In this document: piece after piece, positions 1-11,126 of the stretch | How positions within the stretch are numbered: position 1 is the first letter of the stretch | How the letters are laid out: the number at the start of each line of letters is the position of its first letter | Assembly (NCBI RefSeq): GCF_009914755.1 | Contig: NC_060928.1 | Reading direction: 5' to 3' (one strand) | DNA length: 64,000 nucleotides | Source of the DNA: the human T2T-CHM13v2.0 reference genome, Homo sapiens | Notes under the pieces: generated by a model | Told to the model about the DNA's origin: nothing | What the model saw: only the letters and a program-made list of their open reading frames with translations | Databases searched by the model: none | Made by a program: the position numbers and the translations under genes

Positions 1-473
1 AATATTTTAAAGGTATTTAGATGACCAGTATCTGTCTTTTCCCTGGGAGTATTTCCTAATTATTGCTTGGGTTAGAGGCTGAAAATTGAGGCCTGACCTG
101 TATAAAATATTGTTGCTGAGGAACACAGAAGCCAGGACAGCTTTTGGTGTTCACACAGGGCTGGAATAACAACACTAGGAGACTAATTCTCCTAAAAAGT
201 TTCACGCAAGGACCTCAAGCTTAAAGGTGGTATCTCCCCTCAGCATATTTGCTGAATTTTAAAACCGTGCAGGGTAAAAGGCTACAAAGTCAACTAAAAA
301 ACTTTGAAAAGCAAAGTGAAATTTCCTACCTTTGGCATTGCTAAAGGGACAAGACCAATAGGCTTTGAAATGAATGCCTTAGAAGACAACATCTGAAAAA
401 ACAAGGAAAAATAAGGATAGCAAACTATTAAAATAGCAACCCAGCCTCCACATAATTTAAGATGATGGGCTCC

Positions 474-882
474 TGATATGGGTTGGATGCTTGTCCCCTC
501 CAAATCTCATGATGAAATGTAAATGTAATTCCCAATGTTGGAAGTTGGGCCCAGTAGGAGGCAACTGGATCATGGGGGCAGATCCCTCATGAATGGTTTA
601 GTACCATCTCCTCGGTAATAAGTGAGTTCACACAAGATCTGGTTGTTGAAAAGTCTGGGACCTGCCCCACCTTGCTCTCTTGCTCCCACTCTTGCCTTGT
701 CATGCACCTGCTCTCCCTTCACTTTCAGCCATGACTAGAAACTTACTAAGCCTCACTATAAGCAGATGCCGGCACCATGCTTCCTATACACTTTGGAGAA
801 CCGTAAGCCAATTAAGCTTCTTTTCTTTATAAATTACCCAGTCTCACGTATTCTTTTATAGTAATGCAAACAGACTAATACA
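474..882 (+). mobile_element. MaLR solo LTR (MST family, MSTB-like)
   Basis: Starts TGATATGGGTTGG and ends CAGACTAATACA; 5-bp TSD GCTCC at 469-473 and 883-887. Confidence 0.85.
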
Positions 883-1029
883 GCTCCCTAGCCTATCTGC
901 ATAGAAAATGAACTTCCCCTTCCCCCACCCCTCTCCCAACCCGGCAAAATGTACCATTACCTGGTAATGCTTACTTAAGTTTTTTACTACACAATGCCTG
1001 GCATTCAATAAAAAATTATGAGACATAAA

Positions 1030-3100
1030 CAAAACAATCAACAGACTTGACCTAACTGACATTTGTAAAACACTCCACCTAACAACAAAACACACATTCT
1101 TTTCAACTGCACATGAAGAACACTTACAATGATAGAATATATTCTAGGCCATAAAATAAATCCGAATAAATTTAAAATTATCTCATTACAATGGAATTAA
1201 ATTAAAAATAACAATGATCTCTGGAAAATCCTCAAATATTTGAAAACTATATAACACACTTATAAATAAACTATAGACCCAGTAAGACATCAGGAAAGAA
1301 ATTATAAAGTACTCTGAATGGAATGAAAATGGAAACATATCAAAAACTGGAAACGGCCAGGAGTGGTGGCTCACATCTGTATCCCAGCACTCCAGGAGGC
1401 CAAGGAAAGAGGATTGCTTGAACTGAGTTCAAGACCAACATGGGCAACACAGTGACATCCTTGTCTTCAGAAAAAATTGTAATAAACTCTGGCCAGGTGT
1501 GGTGGCTTACACCTGTAATCCTAGCACTTTGGGAGGCTGAGGCAAGTGGATTGCCTGAGCTCAGGAGTTGACGACCAGCCTGGGCAACATAGTGAAACCC
1601 TATCTCTACAAAAAATACAAAAATTAGCCAGGCATGATGGCACGCGCCTGTAATCCCAGCACTTAATAGACTCTGGTGCGAGGATCTCTTGAGCCTGAGA
1701 CGTCGACACTGTGGTGACCCCGTGATTGGGCCACTGCACTAAAGCCTAGGCAACGGAGTGAGACCCAGTCTCAAAAAAATAAAAATAAAAATAAAAAATT
1801 AGCCAGGCATGGTGGCACATGCCTGCAGTCCCAGCTACTCAGGAGGCTGAGGTGGGAGGATCACTTGAGCCTGAGAGGTCAAGGCTGCAATGGGCCATGA
1901 TCACGATACTGTACTGCCTGAGCAGTAGTGAGACCTTGTCTCAAAAAACAAATAAATAAATTATAAACAATTAAAGGGAAGTTTATAGCATGCTTACATT
2001 AGAAAAGAAAAAAGGTCACAAATCAATGACCTCAGCTTCTATCTTAAGAAACCAGAAAAAGAAAACAAATTAAACCCAAAAGTAAGCTGAGGAAAGGAAA
2101 TAAAGACCAGGGCGGAAATAAGAAAACCACAGGCAGTCAATTAAACTAAAAGTTAACTTTTTAAGAACCTCAATAAAATTAATAAACTTCTAGCCAGACT
2201 AATCAGGGAAAAGGGGAGCAGAGACAAATTACTAGTATTCGGAATGATACTAAATCTCTACAGGTTATACAGATATTAGACTCATTACACTTTCTACAGA
2301 TATTAAAAGAACAATAATAGAGTATTATAAGCAACTTTTTGCAATAAATGCAACAAGTTAAATGAAATGGGTAAGTTCCTTCGAAAACTTATCAGGCATG
2401 TGAAGAGACGGAACAATACAACCATATGACCAATAACCAACAGAAAAACAAACAAGATAAACAGACCAATAGATGATGCCGATATTGGAAAAGACAAGCA
2501 TTTAAATAACTATAATTAGTATGTTCAAGAGAACTGGAGTCTATTACAAGTCTATAAAACAACATCAAAGGAATACTCTAGAACTCAAAACCACAATGTA
2601 AAATTAAGAACACAAAAGATTATTTTGACAAAAAGAGAAGATAGTTTTGGCATACTGGAAGGCAGGTCGATAGAAAATATCCAAACAGAGAAAAAAATTT
2701 TTTTCAACATGTGGAACATGATAATTAAGTTTAATATATGTGTAATTAGGATCCAAAAAGAAAAAAGGGGCAGAATATATGAAAAGGTGGTAACAGAACT
2801 TTCCAAAACTAAAAGGCATCCAGCTAGATTCAAAAAACTCTATAAACATAAAGCAACAAAGAAAACCACATCTGAACACATCAAAGTGCTTTAAAAGTAA
2901 CACAGAGAGTCTTAAAATTAGCCAAGGAAAAATAAAAGACACATTATCCTCAGCAAGAATATAGCTAATACATTGCCTTCAATAAGACTGGTAGCTGACT
3001 TCAACAAAAAGAAAGGAAGACAGAAAGCAACCAAACATTCTTAATGTGTTGAAAGAAAATAACTACCAACTTAGAACTTAATAGCCAGTGAAAACACACT
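1030..3100 (+). mobile_element. Degenerate old L1 (L1M) fragments interrupted by Alus
   Basis: A-rich L1-like sequence (GACTTGACCTAACTGACATTT..., ATCAATGACCTCAGCTTCTATCTTAAGAA); no intact ORF. Confidence 0.65.
1355..1960 (+). mobile_element. Nested Alus: a full Alu (1491-~1798) between the left and right monomers of an older Alu
   Basis: Left monomer at 1355-1480, complete Alu with A-tail, then a right monomer resuming at TTAGCCAGGCATGG. Confidence 0.85.
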
Positions 3101-3103
3101 TCA

Positions 3104-3413
3104 GGCCAGCCACAGTGGCTCATGCCTGTAATCCTAGCACTTTGGGAGGCCAAGGTGGGCAGATCACTTGAGGCCATGAGTTTGGAGACCTGTGTGGCCA
3201 ACATGGCAAAATCCTATCTCTACTAAAAATACAAAAAATTTAGCTGGGTATGGTAGCACATGCCTGTAATCCCAGCTACTCAGGAGGCTGTGGCATGAGA
3301 ATCATTTGAACCCAGGAGGCAGAAGCTGCAGTGAGCTCAGATCACGCCACTGCACTCCAGCCTAAGCAACAGAACGAGACTGTCTCAAAACAACAACAAC
3401 AACAACAAAAAAA
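3104..3413 (+). mobile_element. Alu
   Basis: Alu dimer with (CAA)n/A tail. Confidence 0.9.
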
Positions 3414-3445
3414 ACACCAAAAACCACTTCAAAAAAGGTGAAACT

Positions 3446-3747
3446 GCCGTGCATGGTGGCTCACACCTATACCCAGCACTTTGGGAGGCCAAGGTGGGGG
3501 GATCTCTTAAGCCCAGGAGTTCAAGAACAGCCGGGGCAACATGACAAGACCCCGCCTATACAAAAAATTTAAAAATTAGCTGGGCATGGTGGCATGTGCC
3601 TGTGGTTCCAGCTACTGAGGAGGCTGAGGTGAAGGATTGCCTGAGCCCAAAAGGTTGAGGCTACAGTGAGCCATGTTCACACCACTACACTCCAGCCTGG
3701 GTGCCAGAGTGAGACCTTGTCTCAAAAAAAAAAAAAAAAAAAAAAAA
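3446..3747 (+). mobile_element. Alu (AluJ-like)
   Basis: Alu dimer with poly-A tail. Confidence 0.9.
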
Positions 3748-4138
3748 GGTGAAATTGAGATATTTTCAGAGAAACAAAAATAGAAAAAATCACTGATACT
3801 AGGTAGGCCAGTATCAAAATGCATGATATAGGGAAGTGACAGTATTATTATCCTAAAAATTGAAAACAACTTCAATGTCCAACAGAAGATTGATAAGTAA
3901 ATTATTACACAGAGATGAGAATGTTACATACCTACTAAAAATAATCACATAGCAGAAAAATACTGACATGAAAATATGTTGATGATTCACTGTTAACTGA
4001 ACAGCTTGCACTGCAGTGGACTACATTAGGAGCCCATAACATCATATAAGTATACATATACTTATGTAATGGCTCAACAAAATGCAGGAAGCAGATAGAT
4101 AATCAAGAAGATTAACAACAGCACTTTCGGTGGTATGA

Positions 4139-4459
<321 letters not shown>

Positions 4460-4520
4460 TAATCTATGCTTTCTTACTGTTTCCCACATTAGGGATGTGC
4501 TATTTTTTAATTGGGGGTAA

Positions 4521-4558
4521 GAGAGGAGGGGAGAGGAGGGGAGGGGAGGGGAGGGGGG
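4521..4558 (+). repeat. Polypurine (GGGGA)n-like tract
   Basis: GAGAGGAGGGGAGAGGAGGGGAGGGGAGGGGAGGGGGG. Confidence 0.8.
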
Positions 4559-4731
4559 AATGGAGAAAGGCAACTCTTTACATTAAACCATATTTTAATA
4601 CAAATGATAAGTTCTTAGCTAGGCATATGGTCTAACCTTTATTGGTATATCCCCCATGTGTGCTTTTTAATTTTTTTTTGATACCAAAACCTGCCAACAT
4701 GAATCAACCTGTACTTTCATTTTCCACTATT

Positions 4732-4980
4732 TGGACCTTGAGAGCTTGCTCGAAGGTTCTAGCAGGGGAGCGCAGCTGCTCGTATACCCTTGACCCAAGA
4801 CCAGTCCTCCTCTATTTGGGATGGTTGTCCTCTTCAACCAAGCACGCAGCTTCAGCTTCAGGAGGGACGCACGTGGAGTGGAGAGGGAGGAAGGGGACAC
4901 CTGCCGAGCCAGCCAGATGAGCTGAATCAACCCTGGGGATCAATGGGGTAACATGTCACAGCCAGATAGCCCTCACATTC
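4732..4980 (-). pseudogene. 7SK snRNA retropseudogene, 3'-truncated (about nt 1-245 of 7SK), no poly-A tail
   Basis: Minus strand reads GAATGTGAGGGCTATCTGGCTGTGACAT...GGTCAAGGGTATACGAG...CAAGCTCTCAAGGTCCA, matching 7SK as I recall it; direct repeat ATTTTCCACTATTTGG at 4719-4734 and 4982-4997. Confidence 0.93.
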
Positions 4981-6169
4981 AATTTTCCACTATTTGGGAT
5001 GAGAATTAAAAATGTTAAGTACCTGAATGTGACCTCTTTGAAAAAGAAACTTAATCGTCGTCATTATTAATGTAAAAAATAAAAATGTTTCTGAAAAATG
5101 AAAAGCAAATTATATCCGAAACAGCATACTTTAAAAGACAAAGTAATTCATAAAATTTCATTTTTCACAAGTGATTTCTGTAGACTTCTAAGACTTAAAA
5201 TTAACAGAATTACATCTCTGTGAAATATCCAACTAAAGTAATAACTCAGAGTTGAGGCTATAAGAGTAAGTTTAAATAATTCAACATTTGCATAATCAAA
5301 AAAATGGAAAAAAACAGGAATCTCTGTATCCACCTGTTTCACAGAAGTTACACCTAATAGGGCTTTTAATAAATGGTTGTAAAGCAACCTGTAAATATAA
5401 ATGCCATTATGTAATTATAGTCAATTAGTAACAATTATATTGCTCTGACACTTGAGTGTTCTATAAATAATTCATACAACTCCATCTAGAATTTTTGATC
5501 CAGAAAAGGAGAAAATGCAACAGCCATTGGTGTAATGCCTACAAGGAACTTAAAAAATATTTTACTTTATGCATCTGTAAAAAACTATAAGGAAACAGAT
5601 AAACATCAAAAGGTTTAGCTACAGTGCAGAACTTTGACTTTTCCCCCACAATGTTGTTTTATTAAAATAGTCACAGTAAATAAATGCTTTATTTGACACA
5701 GCACTAGAAGTAAAAATGTGTGGAAGAGGTGACATAATATATATGCTTCAAGATTGAGATAAGAGGAAACAATTTTCTTTTAATATTAACACTGGCTGAC
5801 ATATTTGATGGTAGACAACAGTTAACTGATAGGATTTAATTTCCTAATTTTTCTAGCAATCCTGAAATGATTAAAGAGGCTGTATTATAATTATCAAATA
5901 AAACATCAAATGGTTCTTTCCAGCGGGAAAGCTTAAAAAAAACTACTGAAATAGCTATCAGTCTCACAGATGCCTGCTAAAAGAACATAACAACTCCTTA
6001 CGTTATCAAGAGCTAAGATCTAAGTTTCCTTTCTTAACTAATTAAAAGGTTAAGATACGTATTCTCCCTCAAAATCCCATGCCTCTCCCCCCACCAAAAA
6101 AAAAAAAAACAGCCAGAAATAGGCTCATCCTTACAAATGTTGTATGTAATTTTCTTATAAAATCTGTCA

Positions 6170-6530
<361 letters not shown>

Positions 6531-7085
6531 TAATGTCTATGCTGTTTTAACCATACTAGATTTCAAAACCACTGAAGGCAGGGTCAATTATACTGCATCT
6601 TTCTAGGTATCTCCCATAGTAAATAGTCTTGATCAATACTCTGAACTTTTTGCAAACTCCATCAGCTAAAAAGAATTAAGGTTTGGTAATTCTTTGTAAC
6701 CTGGTTTAAAACAAACCCTCTGGAACTATTAGAGAACCAGAGGGATGGATGGAGGAGAGGGTAGTGCATATTAGTTGTTTGTTGTCAGTTAAGCAAAAGC
6801 CAAACCAAAGAGCCTCTTCTCTCCTTTTCCCTTCAAAAGCTAAATTTTATCCAAGTCAGTATCAGTGTCCCTTAGTTAAGGACAGTCTGCTTAGGTTCAC
6901 TTCAGAGGAGCTCAAGAGGCTGGTGTAATCTACGAGGCTTTCGTAGGAGTCTGCAAGCAAGTACAGAAGGAAAAAAAATCAAAGTTTAACCCATACACTA
7001 TCGATCAAGTCAAAAGCCAAAGAAAACCCTAAAACTTGGACTCTAAAGAGTCCTATAAAATTCATGGAATCCAAGCACCTTTTGG

Positions 7086-7310
7086 GTTTGTTTTGTTTAA
7101 AACAGGGTGTCACTCTGTCACCAAGGCTGAACTCCTGGGTTCAAGTGATCCCTCCACCTCAGCCTCCCAATTAGCTGAAACTACGGTGTGCACCACCCCA
7201 TCTGGCTAATTTTTTTAAAAAAAATTTTGTAGCAAAGAGGTCTCACTATGTTGCCCAGGCTGGTCCTGAAATCCTGGGCTCAAGCCATTCTCCCACCTCG
7301 GCCGCTCGAA
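7086..7310 (-). mobile_element. Alu, internally deleted (AluJ-like)
   Basis: Antisense Alu missing part of the right arm. Confidence 0.8.
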
Positions 7311-7632
7311 GTTTACAGTGAATTAAATCTATACCAGATAAAACTCACATCAGTATGACCTCCCTTCAAACTCTGCAAATGCCTCCATAACAATTGGCCC
7401 CTCACTAGTGAAAAGATGAGTATGACCTATGGTCTATATCAGATGTTAAGCTTTCTGACAGGCTCCAAGTCATGTCCCTGTCCTGTAGGTAATAACAGAG
7501 CCCATACTGGAGGCAAAATGGCAAAGCAGATGATCATTCAAGATGATTCCGTTTTCAAGGCTGAAAAGAACATATTTGCAAATGCACAGAAAAAGATCTA
7601 CAAGATCATACAGTGGTGTTAACAGTGTTACC

Positions 7633-7676
7633 CTTCAGTCAAGGGTATACGAGTAGCTGTGCTCCCTAGATTCCTC
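7633..7676 (+). pseudogene. Short internal 7SK fragment
   Basis: CTTCAGTCAAGGGTATACGAGTAGCTGTGCTCCC versus 7SK CTTCGGTCAAGGGTATACGAGTAGCTGCGCTCCC (32 of 34 identical to the recalled consensus). Confidence 0.85.
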
Positions 7677-7764
7677 TGGGGAGGAATGTGAGCTAGAAGT
7701 GGATGTAAAGGGGTTGTCACTTATTATATATACACTGTATTAACTTTTTATGAGCATCAATTTA

Positions 7765-8018
<254 letters not shown>

Positions 8019-8151
8019 CTACATATCAAACAGAAATAATATAAGTATCCTATCCTACAAAATAAAAAGGAATACTGGTAATATTACAAAAATGCCCACA
8101 GCAACTGCAATCCATTACTCACTATTCACTACTTTCATTACACAATATTAG

Positions 8152-8165
8152 TCACCAGGGGGAGT
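8152..8165 (+). promoter_or_regulatory. Candidate CTCF motif (forward)
   Basis: TCACCAGGGGGAGT resembles the CTCF core CCACCAGGGGGCGC. Confidence 0.4.
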
Positions 8166-8297
8166 TTGAGGGTCCCCTCCCAAAATTATATCTCATCTAA
8201 CAGCTGCCTGTGCAGTCTTAACCTCATTAAACAGGTTTTCAACAATCCACAGTCCTAAAAAAATGTTCATTTTGTACACTTTCATGAGAAACAACCA

Positions 8298-8298
<1 letters not shown>

Positions 8299-8328
<30 letters not shown>
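8299..8328. repeat. (CA)n microsatellite
   Basis: About 15 AC units. Confidence 0.95.
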
Positions 8329-8330
<2 letters not shown>

Positions 8331-9181
8331 CAATTTACCTTTCACTGGGGTTCATGTTTGATTTCCTCAAAAGAAAGAAAAGTTTCCCAACCTGAAAAGC
8401 AAACTAACCTAGACAATCAAGTTTACTAGCACTTTAAGGGAATGTTCACATCCTCCTCATAATTGTTTGTCATGAAACTTTGGGGTTAAGTAAAATTTTA
8501 CCCATCTATGACTCCTGAAAAAAAGAGGAGGGGGAAACACAAACTACACTCTGAAAGCAGCATAATCCAGCCATAATGCCAAATGTAAACAGTCATATAT
8601 TTTAGCAAGGCAAGATATAACTAAACATCTTTAAAAGATAAATGCCTGTGACCTCTGCAATCTTAAAAATTAAAGTGTAAATAGTCATAAAAGGTATCCC
8701 AAACTTCCTTTTTAGTTGATTTTCCTAAAAAATATGAAAAGCAATCATATTGAAAATGACTCAAATCACCATAAATTAGGCAACAAAAATCACACAAATT
8801 ATTTGGGGGAGGAGGAGTTTTGTTTAATCCAGTTTATGAGTCCATAATACACACAAAAATTTGAAAACATGAAGACATACACATAATACATCTCATTTCC
8901 CACCATTCCCTCAGACTATTTCTCCCTCTCCTCTATTGTTAGTTTTCTAAATCCTCCCATAATTTCTTTATATAAAGAGCAAACATAAACTTGTATTATT
9001 ACACCTCGCCCTTAAGATGTAACACACTATTCACAAAGTACCGCTACACCTTGCTTTTTTCACTTCATAGCAAATTTTTGCAATCTTTGCATGTTAGTAC
9101 GTAGAAAGCTTCCTTATTCTTTTTTCATAACTGATTACGCCTAGCTTTAGAACATTTTCAGTCTGCTTTCTTCAGGCTAAC

Positions 9182-9331
9182 TTTTTTTTTTTTACTTTTT
9201 TTATTATTATACTTTAAGTTCTAGGGTACATGTGCACAACGTGCAGGTTTGTCACATATGTATAAATGTGCCACGCTGGTGTGCTGCACCCATTAACTCG
9301 TCGTTTACATTAGGTATTTCTCCTAATGCTA
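9182..9331 (-). mobile_element. Heavily 5'-truncated L1PA 3' end
   Basis: TTATACTTTAAGTTCTAGGGTACATGTGCACAACGTGCAGG; TSD CAGGCTAAC at 9173-9181 and 9332-9340. Confidence 0.92.
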
Positions 9332-10266
9332 CAGGCTAACCTTTCAAGACATTCTGTTCAGCCAACCACTTAACACAGGAATTAATTTCCTTCCCCCAAG
9401 CTTTGAAAACCAATCAGATTTGAGGTGTCCCAAGGGATAAGTTTCAGAGAAAGCAATTCATTATCTAAATTACATCCTTTTAAGAATGTTTATTTTCAAA
9501 CAGGTAGAGGGGAATATTGCACAATTTTCTCTAATCGCTTAAAGCTACAAATCAGAACGCAATCTTCAAAGTGAAATTACCTTTGATTTGGGGGGATCAG
9601 CGTTATAGTCAAATCAACGACTGTAAAAGTTTACTTCTTGTGCTTTTCTTCCACTGTAAAAATTTTTTTATTTTTTAAAGAAGGCTAAAAAGCCTTAAAG
9701 TCTAATAGCACGGCATTCTAATAGCAGGAAACCACAATCTGATTTGATCTTTCATCTGCCAGGTCAGAGACTAGGCTTTTATCTTGCAGAATTAGGCTCA
9801 CCTACCATCAACAAGAGGACCTCTACAAAGCTACAAACACTTTCAAAGAATATAAACTCTGCGGCGCTGCGTGTAGGAAATTACACTCCAGGGGCCAGAG
9901 CGCCAGAGCCAACTCCAGAAAACCCAGCTTCACTGGCGGAAAGAAATCTACAAACGCCAGCGGCGGTGACGGGGAACGGGAAGCGCGGGTGGACGGAAGA
10001 AGAGAAACCGAGCGCCTCGCCGCCAACCCTCGAACCCGCGCGCGGTCGCTGGAGTCAGACGCTAATAGCCGCGCGCTGCCTAGGAACGGAACCCCGGAAC
10101 CACGACCACTAACGGAACCAGCCCGCGGCCGGCAACGGCGGCCGTTCGGACTGCGGACTGCGGCACGCGGGCCGGGCGCCGGGAGGGCGGGGGTTCCCCG
10201 GAGGAGCTGGCCGCCCCGGCGCCCCATTGGGCGCTGCTCCAAACGTGCCCGAGTGGTGACAGGAAT

Positions 10267-10277
10267 AAAGTGGGTCA
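10267..10277 (+). promoter_or_regulatory. RORE / REV-ERB response element
   Basis: AAAGTGGGTCA fits (A/T)A(A/T)NT(A/G)GGTCA; CLOCK is an established ROR/REV-ERB target. Confidence 0.8.
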
Positions 10278-10839
10278 CAAGGCCTAGCGGGTCCCCAGCG
10301 AAAGCTCTCTCGGCACCCGGTCCCCGTCTTTCCCCGCCTCCCAGCTGCTGGAATCGGCCGCAGCTCCGGGCGCCCTCAAGCCGCCCGGCCCCGCTGTGCA
10401 CCCCACTCCCGCCCCTGCCCCGCAGGTAACCCCAGCTGCCCCAGAGGGCCTCTCAGGCAGGGCGGGCCTCGGCCCGAAGTCCCGGGAAAAGACACACTAG
10501 AACGACACGCCAAACTTGGGCTTCAGCTCCCGCCTTCCCCACCCTTGGCCGCCGCCCCCCGGCCCCACACACGCCGCCCCCCGCTCCCTCCCCTTCCCCG
10601 CGCCCTCACCGTGTGGCTTGCGGCGGCTCCGGCTTCTTCCCTCCCCCACCCAGGTCTCCCGCTGCGGTGACTCGGAACCACTACCCCGCCTGTGTCCAGG
10701 AGGCGCCGCGGCTCCCACCTCCAGCAGCACCTGGGGCTGTGAGTGGCGCCCCCCACCCACCCCCCCAAAAATTCGCCGCTCCTGTGGCCAGCTCCTCCTC
10801 CCCCTCCCTTCCCTTCCCCTCCTCCACCAGCCCAGGAGC

Positions 10840-11126
10840 GCGCATGCGCCGCCAAGGAAGCCAACCGGCACTCGGCAGGCCCTGGGCCCACCGGGCGGGC
10901 GCCTCTCACCGGGAGCGCTCGCGGCGGCGGCGGCCAGATTTCCTTCGCGCTCTCGCTCTCCGGGGTTTCCTTTTTTAAACCGGCAGCCGCAAGCCGAGTC
11001 CGTGATTGCGCCCCCTCCCGGCGCATGCGTCGTCAGCGACCCCGCGGGCTCAGACGGCCGGCGGAGGCTCTGCGCTCGCCCCTCCCCTCACTCTCCCTTT
11101 CCCCAGCGCGGCTCGGTGCGCATGCG
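10840..11126. promoter_or_regulatory. Three NRF1-type motifs and a CRE half-site
   Basis: GCGCATGCGC 10840-10849, GCGCATGCGT 11021-11030, TGCGCATGCG 11117-11126; CGTCA 11031-11035. Confidence 0.65.
10910..11040 (-). other. CLOCK: Probable non-coding first exon of CLOCK (5' end approximate)
   Basis: Minus-strand donor CCG|GTGAGA (GT at 10909-10908) inside the CpG island; the TSS cannot be fixed from sequence. Confidence 0.65.

Noticed and set aside
4642-4930. ORFs of 92 and 67 aa
   Set aside because: Chance frames across the 7SK pseudogene
10921-10933. (GCG)4 run in CLOCK exon 1
   Set aside because: Too short to call an expandable repeat
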